Source: a virus (Duplodnaviria > Caudoviricetes). Taken from it: 54,815 bases of DNA. The DNA lies in IMG/VR virus record IMGVR_UViG_3300024999_000137, positions 1 through 54,815 of that record, one strand, 5' to 3'. Below the pieces are notes generated by a model. That model saw only the letters and a list, made by a program, of their open reading frames with translations, was not told where the DNA came from and searched no databases. The translations under genes were made by a program, and so were the position numbers. Of the stretch, positions 1 to 7,658 are shown in pieces; the stretch's first letter is position 1, and each line of letters starts with the position of its first letter.

Positions 1-383
1 GTCTGGTCCTTGACATACTGCAGGGCATACCCGTTCCGCTCAACGGCCTTGAGACACACGGCCTCGGTCTGGTCCTTGACATACTGCAGGGCATACCCGT
101 CATTTTCCACGGCCTTGAGACACACGGCCTCGGTCTGGTCCTTGACATACTGCAGGGCATACCCGTTCCGCTCAACGGCCTTGAGACACACGGCCTCGGT
201 CTGGTCCTTGACATACTGCAGGGCATACCCGTTCCGCTCAACGGCCTTGAGACACACGGCCTCGGTCTGGTCCTTGACATACCGCAGGGCATACCCGTTC
301 CGCTCAACGGCCTTGAGACACACGGCCTCGGTCTGGTCCTTGACATACTGCAGGGCATCCCCGTTCCGCTCAACGGCCTTGAG
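1..383. repeat. 66-bp coding tandem repeat (~5.8 units)
   Basis: GGCCTTGAG recurs at 45, 111, 177, 243, 309 and 375. Each unit is 22 codons. Confidence 0.97.
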
Positions 384-425
384 GGCTGCATCCAGTGTTA
401 AAATCGCTTCAAATTTTACTCGCAT
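1..425 (-). CDS. DUF4116-like 22-aa repeat protein, 5' part (runs off position 1 and continues at the other window end)
   Basis: ATG at 425 preceded by AAGGAG. Reads MRVKFEAILTLDAALKAVERNGDALQYVKDQTEAVCLKAVERNGYALRYVKDQTE... Missed by the ORF track because it has no stop on this side. Confidence 0.85.
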   Translation of the reverse strand, partial: MRVKFEAILTLDAALKAVERNGDALQYVKDQTEAVCLKAVERNGYALRYVKDQTEAVCLKAVERNGYALQYVKDQTEAVCLKAVERNGYALQYVKDQTEAVCLKAVENDGYALQYVKDQTEAVCLKAVERNGYALQYVKDQ

Positions 426-636
426 CCTTTTTCTCCTTTTTTAGTTGCAGCTCTTCACCGTTCAATTCCTTCATGAGAGCCTTTAGTTGTTTCGACTTGG
501 GGCCGTGCGTGTTGATACACTCCACAACCAGCTTCCTTTTCCCCTCTGCGGCCATGCCGTGAGCCGGGTTGCAGAGGCGAGATATCATTGTCTCTATCCG
601 CGTCAGCCTGGTATTGATTTCCTCTAACGTGGTCAT
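409..636 (-). CDS. hypothetical early protein (75 aa)
   Basis: ATGA overlap with the cro-like gene; GGAGG upstream. Confidence 0.75.
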   Translation of the reverse strand: MTTLEEINTRLTRIETMISRLCNPAHGMAAEGKRKLVVECINTHGPKSKQLKALMKELNGEELQLKKEKKDASKI

Positions 637-857
637 GCCTGCTGCCTCCTCTGCTTGTTTCGCTTTGCAATATACTTTTCAACTTCCCTGTGCAGTTCGT
701 CTTTGGTGCCGGTTTTCCAGACGGAAAAAGGAATTTTCGTGATCTTCTCTGCGGCGACGGCATTTCCGTCGCTCATTCTCGTAGCCGTGTTTATGGCCCG
801 AGAAAACGACACCGGATGCATCCCGATTTTCTCTGCGAGTTCTTTGTGTGTCACCAT
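633..857 (-). CDS. Cro-like HTH regulator
   Basis: THKELAEKIGMHPVSFSRAIN HTH; small; divergent from the repressor; GGAGG RBS. Confidence 0.8.
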   Translation of the reverse strand: MVTHKELAEKIGMHPVSFSRAINTATRMSDGNAVAAEKITKIPFSVWKTGTKDELHREVEKYIAKRNKQRRQQA

Positions 858-886
858 GCCTCCAGGATTAATTATGTGTTAATGAT

Positions 887-1067
887 ATGCTGTCTTGCGC
901 TAATTTTTCGATAACATACCTTGTTAATAACAGGCTGGCAATAAATATTTTCTGGATAAGGGTGAAATGTTAGCGCATTGCGCTAATTGTAGAATTTAAA
1001 CTATTGTTACTTCGTTATAAAAAAAATAACAAAAAAAGCTTGACTCGTTAGCGCAACGTGTTATTGT
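887..1067. promoter_or_regulatory. lysis/lysogeny switch region with operators and repressor promoter
   Basis: Perfect palindrome TTAGCGCA-T-TGCGCTAA at 970-986; half-sites TGCGCTAA at 896-903 and TTAGCGCA at 1048-1055; TTGACT(1040)-16 bp-TATTGT(1062) on the + strand. Confidence 0.75.
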
Positions 1068-1120
1068 TTTAGTGCGGATAAACCGCGTCAAAAAAAATGC
1101 TGGATAATTAAACGGGAGGG

Positions 1121-2221
1121 ATGCAGATGGAGAAATCAAAAGCGCCGGCTTACTTCGCGGCAGCCCTGCGGCAGAAGCTCAAAGAGTCGCCTTTATCACA
1201 AAAGAGGATAGCCAAGGAGATGGGTATGTCTCCGGTGACATTGAGCAGGCTGGCCAATGCCAAGCCGAAACACTCGCCGCACCCGGACAGCGTGGAAAAA
1301 ATAGTCCAGTATTTTGGGACAGAACATATTGATCTTATCAGCCTTGGCCGCGAAATCCTGGAAGGAGCGGCACACGTACCGGAAACGGCGCAGCCGGAGC
1401 TGTCCGTGGACAGCATCGACAACCGGCTGACGAGCGTCGAGCGGATTATGGTGGAACTCAGCCGTGAACTTGATGCGAGAAAAAAAGCTGAACTGAAGAC
1501 GAAAGAATATATGCAGAGATTAGCCACAGCGCAGGAGTTGATGAAAGTAGGGTACTTTCATTGCTCATTCAGCGGGGATGCCACATGGTCGTCGTCTTTT
1601 TATTCCGTTATGGGCATAGATAAAAGCGTGGAGCCGGTTTCATGGGAAAAATTCGTTTCGCTCTACGTCTACAAGAAAGACAGGAAGGCGGCATTCGTCG
1701 CGGTCAAGGGCTACCTGGAAGACAAAACCGTCTCCCAATATCACATAACGTTTAGGGCCTGCCGCCCTTGCGACAAGGAAATCAAAACCTACCGGGAGTT
1801 CGTACAGATAGATCGGGACGCGCAGGGAAAACCGATAGCCCGGTATGGATCAATCTGTGATATAACGAGCGATGTGCTGAAAAGCCAGCTAGTCGGAGAT
1901 TACGAACAGGCGTTTCTCACCCTGTTGGCCGATTCTAATTCATACCTGGTTGTTATCGAAAAGCAGGGCATGACGGTTATCCATCAAAACGAAGAGCATA
2001 TCAGGATAAAGGGAGACTTGATCGGGCAGAAATGCGACGCGTGCCAGGTCGCCGATACGTTTGATACAGGCACGGTCCATAAAGCGGTCAAGGTCATATC
2101 GTGCGCCGACGACGAGACTGTCCAGGTAGCCATTACTTCAATCCCGATATGGGACAGCTCCGGCGCCGTTGTCCGCGCCGTGGTTGTCATGCGCCCGATG
2201 CGACGAGAGGGAGACAAATGA
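1121..2221 (+). CDS. CI-like repressor: XRE-HTH, coiled coil and two PAS domains
   Basis: N-terminal SQKRIAKEMGMSPVTLSRLAN HTH; PAS_3-like RLATAQEL..VG...WS...DR...RDAQGKPIARYGSICDIT; second PAS ending SIPIWDSSGAVVRAVVVMR; position divergent from cro. Confidence 0.85.
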   Translation: MQMEKSKAPAYFAAALRQKLKESPLSQKRIAKEMGMSPVTLSRLANAKPKHSPHPDSVEKIVQYFGTEHIDLISLGREILEGAAHVPETAQPELSVDSIDNRLTSVERIMVELSRELDARKKAELKTKEYMQRLATAQELMKVGYFHCSFSGDATWSSSFYSVMGIDKSVEPVSWEKFVSLYVYKKDRKAAFVAVKGYLEDKTVSQYHITFRACRPCDKEIKTYREFVQIDRDAQGKPIARYGSICDITSDVLKSQLVGDYEQAFLTLLADSNSYLVVIEKQGMTVIHQNEEHIRIKGDLIGQKCDACQVADTFDTGTVHKAVKVISCADDETVQVAITSIPIWDSSGAVVRAVVVMRPMRREGDK

Positions 2222-3255
2222 GCGTAAGGCCGCACCCGACGAAATGGGGAAAAGATCCAGGGCAATGGTGGATTGTTGATACCGGCAGGGGGGGCGACCG
2301 GTTGCGCACCACATTCAGGGGCCAATTCGAGGATGCAAAAAAACTCGAAAACGATATCGTCGCCAACACCAACAAAACAACCCGTATAGCCCAGCACCTG
2401 AAGGTAATCGACATCGTTTTAGATTTCTACCAGCACCACGCGCAAGAGGTATCCCAGACGACTCTTGCCGACGTGCGTGTCGTCTTTTCTAGGCGCATCA
2501 TCCCATTCTTCGGCAGGTACAGGACCATGGAGCTCACGAAAGACATGATATCTGCATATAAGCATGAGCGCGTGGAGATCGGCAAGGTTAAAGCCAGGAC
2601 CGTGAACAAAGAGCTTTCATATTTCAGCAGCTTTTTGCGGTATGCCAGGGAATACAAAGGGGTTGAAACACAGCCAGGGTTCTCAATCACGATGTTCCGC
2701 CGCGGCAAAACAGTATCGCCGCCGGCGAAAGCCGTGTCTCCCAGGGTGATCGATGCCATGGCCGCCGTGATGGAGCCGCAATATCAGCTCATTTTTCTCC
2801 TTATGGCTGATGCCGGCCTGCGGCAGCGGGAGGCGTTGCACCTGACGGCAGAATCAGTAGACGAGCGCAACAAGACGATCCAGGTTTATGGTAAGGGTAG
2901 CAAGTACCGCGCCGTGCCTTTTACCACGGACAGGCTAGAGAATGCGCTGATGGCCGCGTTGGCGAAACGCCCGGCCGGGTATTTGTCGATAAACGAGATT
3001 ACGGGGAAACCATTCTATGGCATCAGGAAGGCACTGCTGAGGGCCGCACGGGCCGCGAATGTCCCGTTCCATATCCACCACCACTTGCTCCGGCATTCGT
3101 GCCTCAGCAACATGGCGATGGATGGAATGAACCCGCACGCCATCCAGCAGATTGCCGGCCATTCAAGTATCGAGACAACCAATAAAATCTATACCCACAT
3201 CAGACATGATTTTGTGCGTGAAGAGGTGGAAAAAATCAGGAGCAAGAATAGGTAG
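2218..3255 (+). CDS. int: tyrosine integrase
   Basis: Catalytic motifs GLRQREA, GKGSK, HLLRHS, AGHSS, IYTH; ATGA overlap with the repressor stop; adjacent to attP. Confidence 0.95.
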   Translation: MSVRPHPTKWGKDPGQWWIVDTGRGGDRLRTTFRGQFEDAKKLENDIVANTNKTTRIAQHLKVIDIVLDFYQHHAQEVSQTTLADVRVVFSRRIIPFFGRYRTMELTKDMISAYKHERVEIGKVKARTVNKELSYFSSFLRYAREYKGVETQPGFSITMFRRGKTVSPPAKAVSPRVIDAMAAVMEPQYQLIFLLMADAGLRQREALHLTAESVDERNKTIQVYGKGSKYRAVPFTTDRLENALMAALAKRPAGYLSINEITGKPFYGIRKALLRAARAANVPFHIHHHLLRHSCLSNMAMDGMNPHAIQQIAGHSSIETTNKIYTHIRHDFVREEVEKIRSKNR

Positions 3256-3435
3256 TTGACACAGTGTCAATTCGATGGCAAAAAAAGTACGCAAAAACAA
3301 AGAGAACTACGCGCTATTATAATTCCTAATCCTGGTGCCGCAGGTCCGATTCCTGCCGGGGGCACCAGCAGTACCAAGGGTTTCAAGACAGAACGGGCAT
3401 AAAGATTTTAGGGGAAAATTGACACTTATTGACAC
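3256..3435. repeat. putative integrase arm-type sites (TTGACAC x4)
   Basis: Inverted pair TTGACAC-A-GTGTCAA at 3256-3270; direct pair at 3419-3425 and 3429-3435; they flank the att core. Confidence 0.65.
3323..3367 (+). mobile_element. attP core = 3' half of tRNA-Arg(CCT)
   Basis: Anticodon loop TTCCTAA (3323-3329), T-arm GCAGG-TCCGATT-CCTGC (3340-3356), acceptor 3' strand CGGGGGC-A-CCA. No 5' half is present. Confidence 0.85.
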
Positions 3436-3571
3436 ATTCGATTTTAGAACATTTCGCAGCAGTACATGAGGCACGGCTTGTCGGTCCCTGTGCAGTGCAG
3501 CCAAAATACAAGATTGCCGGTGATATGGTTTACCCTCCATTTCCCCAAGCATCGAGGGCATGACGTTGTCG

Positions 3572-3952
3572 TCATCGCAAGCGACCATATCCCCAATGGA
3601 ACCCGGTGCCAGGCAGCCAACCGCCAGCCCGGACCCCGGTGAACATCGTTTGCGCCATGACAATGCCGGCAGCGCAAAAAACGTCGGCATAGAGCTGTCT
3701 ATCTGCGGCAAGCCGCTGTTCCATGGTGCCGCCGAGAAAATAAGCAACATCATGCCAGAAGCAGGCACCAGAAAGGTCAACTGCACAACTTTTCCACTCA
3801 TCCGGCCACATGGAGCAGCCATCGGAGAAGAAAACATCGTAGTTGGCAGGATCAGCTTTCTCCATCCGCTCGATGATATCCATCTTGCGGTGATATCTGG
3901 CCAACGCCAGTAGGTCATGCCATGAGATGGGAACTCCGATATACTGTTTCAT
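3572..3952 (-). CDS. prokaryotic phospholipase A2-like protein
   Basis: SDGCS...CFWHDVAY..GG...RLAAD motif with a PLA2-type His-Asp; ATGA-coupled to the amidase. Confidence 0.6.
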   Translation of the reverse strand: MKQYIGVPISWHDLLALARYHRKMDIIERMEKADPANYDVFFSDGCSMWPDEWKSCAVDLSGACFWHDVAYFLGGTMEQRLAADRQLYADVFCAAGIVMAQTMFTGVRAGGWLPGTGFHWGYGRLR

Positions 3953-4515
3953 CGACCAATCCTTGCGAGGCCGGCTACAACGCCGGCAACTATTTCGTTA
4001 ACGAACACGGCACCCTTCTCCGCTTCGGTATCGATGAAATATGGCTCAATGATGATTGCTGGGCAGCGAGTGCCGGAGAGGAAATAGTCAGGTGTGGCCT
4101 GCGGGTCAGGCGGCAGAACCATTTTATACCACCCTTCCTTCTCCCCGCGGTCGCGGAAACCTGTTGCCGCGATGATGCCGCGCTGGACCGCAGTGGCAAT
4201 CTTTTTCCCGGTAACAGATCCAGGACAGTAAAGTGTCTCGCATCCTTGGCCTCCTCCGGCGTTGAGATGGAACTCAATGGCGACATTCGGGCCGATCTCG
4301 TTTACCAGCTCAACTTTCCTCTTCAACGGCACTGAGCATACCAAGTGCGCTTGATGGCCGTGCAGCGACAGCAGCATCACCAGGCGGCCGGCCATGGCCG
4401 CAGCTACGGCATATTCGGTCAGCGTTCCGTTGCTGGCCCCCTGGGCATTCGGATGGTGTCCGGCACTGACGGCTATTTTCATATTCGGTCGCTCTTCCGG
4501 CGCGGGCAGCTTCAT
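3949..4515 (-). CDS. endolysin, N-acetylmuramoyl-L-alanine amidase (Amidase_3)
   Basis: AVSAGH, LTE, IEFHLNA, GCETLY, PAIIIEPYFID motifs. Start at 4515 (TAATG overlap) or 4482. Confidence 0.9.
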   Translation of the reverse strand: MKLPAPEERPNMKIAVSAGHHPNAQGASNGTLTEYAVAAAMAGRLVMLLSLHGHQAHLVCSVPLKRKVELVNEIGPNVAIEFHLNAGGGQGCETLYCPGSVTGKKIATAVQRGIIAATGFRDRGEKEGWYKMVLPPDPQATPDYFLSGTRCPAIIIEPYFIDTEAEKGAVFVNEIVAGVVAGLARIGR

Positions 4516-4793
4516 TATGGCGAGCCTCGATGCGCGATTGCCCATATTTTATAGACCGTTCCAGCTCCAAGAAGTAAAGCAAATCCGGCTACGACAAGGG
4601 TTAGAATTGACCGCCTTATCGTTTTTTTAGAATCTTCCATGATGGAGTTCATGTTCTCATAAAACCTTATCGCAGCATCCATCCTTTCCGGCGGAATACT
4701 ATAGCGGCAACTGATGGCATGATTAGTCGTTATGGCCTCCGCGATGGCAATAGCATCGGCATCGGTCAGCACACGTTTTCTTCGTTCTGTCAT
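4515..4793 (-). CDS. single-TM holin-like lysis protein
   Basis: C-terminal hydrophobic helix SILTLVVAGFALLLGAGTVY; directly upstream of the endolysin. Confidence 0.6.
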   Translation of the reverse strand: MTERRKRVLTDADAIAIAEAITTNHAISCRYSIPPERMDAAIRFYENMNSIMEDSKKTIRRSILTLVVAGFALLLGAGTVYKIWAIAHRGSP

Positions 4794-5017
4794 TATTCAA
4801 CCTTTTCCTTCTTGATTGATCGCATTTTACTCTTAACGACTGGAATCATGGCGCAGACTACGGCCACAGCAGCGCCAATGAACTCAACGCCCAGTTGTTG
4901 CTGTTCCTGGGTGAGGTCAACTCCCCTTGATGCCAGATAGGAGGCGACAACACCCATAATTATCACGGCCAAGACACGACCACGACTTGCGGATTTTCCG
5001 ATTGAATCTGTCATCAT
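4793..5017 (-). CDS. putative holin (2 TM)
   Basis: Two hydrophobic helices and a basic C-terminus; lies in the lysis cassette. Confidence 0.65.
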   Translation of the reverse strand: MMTDSIGKSASRGRVLAVIIMGVVASYLASRGVDLTQEQQQLGVEFIGAAVAVVCAMIPVVKSKMRSIKKEKVE

Positions 5018-5157
5018 TCCACCTTTGGCAATACAGAATTATTCATACTGCCCCTGTGACAAGCCAGACATATCTGCCATTGGTTTGTGCAGCTGGCACA
5101 GGGGCTGATGTAGCCCATCTCTTTCAGGAGCTTATCGGCAAGTTCGAGATCTATCAT
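5014..5157 (-). CDS. 47-aa Cys-rich microprotein (CxxC-x6-CxxCH)
   Basis: MIDLELADKLLKEMGYISPCASCTNQWQICLACHRGSMNNSVLPKVE; ATGA overlaps at both ends; below the ORF-track cutoff. Confidence 0.65.
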   Translation of the reverse strand: MIDLELADKLLKEMGYISPCASCTNQWQICLACHRGSMNNSVLPKVE

Positions 5158-5540
5158 GGGGAGACTGAGATTGTGACTTTCTTTTCAGGATTAACGTAGA
5201 AATTAATGGGTTTGACGATACGATCATGGGCCACCCACTTTACTTCAGTTGAATAATCACTTTCGTAACCATAGACATCATAAGCTGTGGCAGCAAAATA
5301 GTAGGTTGTTCCAACAGTAAGATTCCCTACTGAACCCTCAACATGACCGTCCACCATTGTGCCCATTTTCTGGTCAACGTCTAAAGTATACTTTTTTGAC
5401 ACCGTGCCATAGTGAATCTTATACCCGGCAAGACTTGTCTCTGTGTTGGGAGACCAGGAAAATTTGGCATCGGCAGCCAACACGGGAGAACAGGGCACAA
5501 AAGAAATAGCGAATAACAGTGATACGATAAATTTTTTCAT
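5154..5540 (-). CDS. secreted fibronectin type III domain protein
   Basis: Signal peptide MKKFIVSLLFAISFVPCSPVLA; WSPNTE..LAGYKIHYG...TYYFAATAYD..G.ESDYS Fn3 pattern. Confidence 0.85.
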   Translation of the reverse strand: MKKFIVSLLFAISFVPCSPVLAADAKFSWSPNTETSLAGYKIHYGTVSKKYTLDVDQKMGTMVDGHVEGSVGNLTVGTTYYFAATAYDVYGYESDYSTEVKWVAHDRIVKPINFYVNPEKKVTISVSP

Positions 5541-5548
5541 AATTCTCC

Positions 5549-7420
5549 TTACTCGAAAACTGATTTTAGAATGTTGCCGGAAGTCCCGCCGCTCAGATCA
5601 AGCACATCGTTTGTCCCGCCGACGAAGCCTTTGATTGTGGCCGACTTACCAGGCCAGCCTTTGACAGTCTTTGCCCCGGTATCAGCTAATCCGGACAAAT
5701 CCAGCGTACCGGCCATAGCCCCTTGCAGATAGATCTCAGCCCCGGCCCGCAGGTTGTAGCCGGTCCATGGATAGTCGGTCCAGGCGTTATAAGGGAGTGC
5801 TCTTGTGCCGTTGCCGCCATCAGCAGAGGCAACGTTGAAATAGAGCCCGCCAGGGTACTCATAGGCACCGATATCCGGGATGGTAAGCACGCTGGTGCCA
5901 TTGATATCCGTTGCCGGTGTGGCTTGATCGTGGATGCCGGCGATGATTGTTCCGGTGTTGATTGCTGGAGAGTTTGCTTGCAAATTGTAGTCAGTTGTCG
6001 AAACAAATAGGGGGTCAGCACTTAAAATATTAGTCACATTTTGCACGTCTGCTATCGCTCCCACTCCTCCCTGTACAATACTGTGATCAATGGTAATGTC
6101 ACCATTCGGACTTCCATCGATCTCGCTAACCCCATTACCCCAGTAGATATCATTGGCAAACGATGTGCCGTTGACATAGGTAACAGTGGCGTAGGTTTTC
6201 AGGCTGTTTCCTGACACAAGCGCAGTATTGTTGGTATACGTATTGTTCCCCCCTGTTACGGTATGGGTCTCAATACAACTGACTGCCCCACCAGATCGTG
6301 CCGCAGTATTTTCCACAAACAGACACCTATTCAAAACACTTGACTTTTCAGCTTCATCACTGCCGCCGAAATCAATTGCTCCCCCATCCATGCCTGATGC
6401 ATTGCGCCAGAATTCTGATCGTTGGCAACTCCCGTGTGCTCCAAAACTGTATTTCAACGCCCCACCTGCCGAATAGCCAAGGGTGACAGAATTTTCATTC
6501 AAACGGCATTGGTCGAGATGCCCGACAACCCCAGATCCAAAAAATATTATGGCCCCACCCTGCTGCTGACACGTATTGCGCTCCAGCGTACTACTGGTAA
6601 CGATGTGCTCTCCCACAGATCCGACATGGACAGCTCCACCGGATGTTACCGCTGTATTATCAGATAGGATTGAGTCCGTAATAGTCAACACGCCGCTGTC
6701 TATTTTTACTGCTCCCCCAACAGACGCATGATTGCCAAGCAGGGAGCACCCGATTAAGCTGACATCAGCAGTAAATCCTATTGGAGTATATAGACAGCCA
6801 CCATTCCTACTTGATATGTTGCCGATAAAATCAGAGTTAGAGATAATCATATCGGCTGACGATGCGTGTCGAATACAGCCACCGTCCTTATCTTCCTCTA
6901 CGTTGGTATTGATATTATTGTTGAATTTTGTCCTGATGATGTTTACAGATGTAGAAACATTAGGTGATACGGAAACCATACCAGATACTGCCAGCGTAGT
7001 GCTGTTATTTTGGCAGTTATTGATTTCGCAATCCTCAAGAGTTATTTCCGCCCCGCCGTTGAAATACGAGAACGGCGCAATAGTCAGACTATATAATGCT
7101 TGGGCTTTGACTCGGCGCCATGCAACACTTAACACAGCAGATCCGGACTGGAACAGATGGTGTGTATCTGCCCCATCTATAGTCGCTACACCTTCATACC
7201 CTGCTATTTCGATATGTCTGGCAATATTCCATAGCAAAATTGATTGTGTGGAATACACCTCCGGCAAGTAAAACGTCAAATTCGGTAGCAAATAAATAAT
7301 TGCATCCACGTTAGCCGTCCTGGCGTAAAGAAAAACAGTCTCCAGATTACCAGCTGTCGCTGGCGTTGCATACGGCGCTATAGGATTTGCCGGTTCCGCT
7401 GCTGCATAATATATTGTCAT
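5549..7420 (-). CDS. right-handed beta-helix protein (pectin-lyase-like / POMP repeat, choice-of-anchor-Q-like)
   Basis: Repeated N..A...GGA(I/V) motifs; DPLFV..DYNLQANSPAINTG...PDIGAYE. Confidence 0.8.
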   Translation of the reverse strand: MTIYYAAAEPANPIAPYATPATAGNLETVFLYARTANVDAIIYLLPNLTFYLPEVYSTQSILLWNIARHIEIAGYEGVATIDGADTHHLFQSGSAVLSVAWRRVKAQALYSLTIAPFSYFNGGAEITLEDCEINNCQNNSTTLAVSGMVSVSPNVSTSVNIIRTKFNNNINTNVEEDKDGGCIRHASSADMIISNSDFIGNISSRNGGCLYTPIGFTADVSLIGCSLLGNHASVGGAVKIDSGVLTITDSILSDNTAVTSGGAVHVGSVGEHIVTSSTLERNTCQQQGGAIIFFGSGVVGHLDQCRLNENSVTLGYSAGGALKYSFGAHGSCQRSEFWRNASGMDGGAIDFGGSDEAEKSSVLNRCLFVENTAARSGGAVSCIETHTVTGGNNTYTNNTALVSGNSLKTYATVTYVNGTSFANDIYWGNGVSEIDGSPNGDITIDHSIVQGGVGAIADVQNVTNILSADPLFVSTTDYNLQANSPAINTGTIIAGIHDQATPATDINGTSVLTIPDIGAYEYPGGLYFNVASADGGNGTRALPYNAWTDYPWTGYNLRAGAEIYLQGAMAGTLDLSGLADTGAKTVKGWPGKSATIKGFVGGTNDVLDLSGGTSGNILKSVFE

Positions 7421-7422
7421 GA

Positions 7423-7500
7423 TTATTCCCCCCACCCAACACCAGGCAGAGCGACCTGCACCCACACCAGCAACACAGCTATCAATCGTTTCATCATCAT
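7423..7500 (-). CDS. orphan signal-peptide ORF (25 aa) out of frame with the beta-helix gene
   Basis: GAGGTGGG RBS; MMMKRLIAVLLVWVQVALPGVGWGE*; ends just after a G6 run (7428-7433). Confidence 0.55.
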   Translation of the reverse strand: MMMKRLIAVLLVWVQVALPGVGWGE

Positions 7501-7523
7501 ATCATCCCACCTCAGTTTCATAA

Positions 7524-7658
7524 TCAGCGATAAACGACCACGCCGACCGCAGCGTCAGTCCCCGGCTTGTTTGCCCGATAGATACCCGGCTTGTCAGTGC
7601 TCACCGGATTTTCACCGGCTGTCATCCCACCGGGCAGGAAGCCATAGCGGATAATCAT
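7524..7658 (-). CDS. 44-aa paralog of the C-terminus of the upstream 100-aa gene
   Basis: MIIRYGFLPGGMTAGENPVSTDKPGIYRANKPGTDAAVGVVVYR versus GVYRANKPATASAVSVAV; ATGA overlap. Confidence 0.65.
   Translation of the reverse strand: MIIRYGFLPGGMTAGENPVSTDKPGIYRANKPGTDAAVGVVVYR

Noticed and set aside
1-383. CRISPR array
   Set aside because: Units are contiguous 66-bp near-identical repeats with no unique spacers. They encode a 22-aa protein repeat, and no cas genes are present.
10-444. + strand 144-aa repeat ORF
   Set aside because: Antisense shadow of the minus-strand repeat gene, which has the RBS and the operon context.
2101-2217. Extended integrase N-terminus from the ORF track
   Set aside because: It overlaps the repressor. 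ATG 2218 with GAGGGAG upstream and ATGA coupling is more plausible.
3290-3367. Complete tRNA-Arg gene
   Set aside because: No 5' acceptor strand or D-arm upstream of the anticodon loop, so it is treated as the att core.
5014-5157. c-type cytochrome from the CLACH motif
   Set aside because: No signal peptide, and a second CxxC makes a four-Cys metal site more likely.
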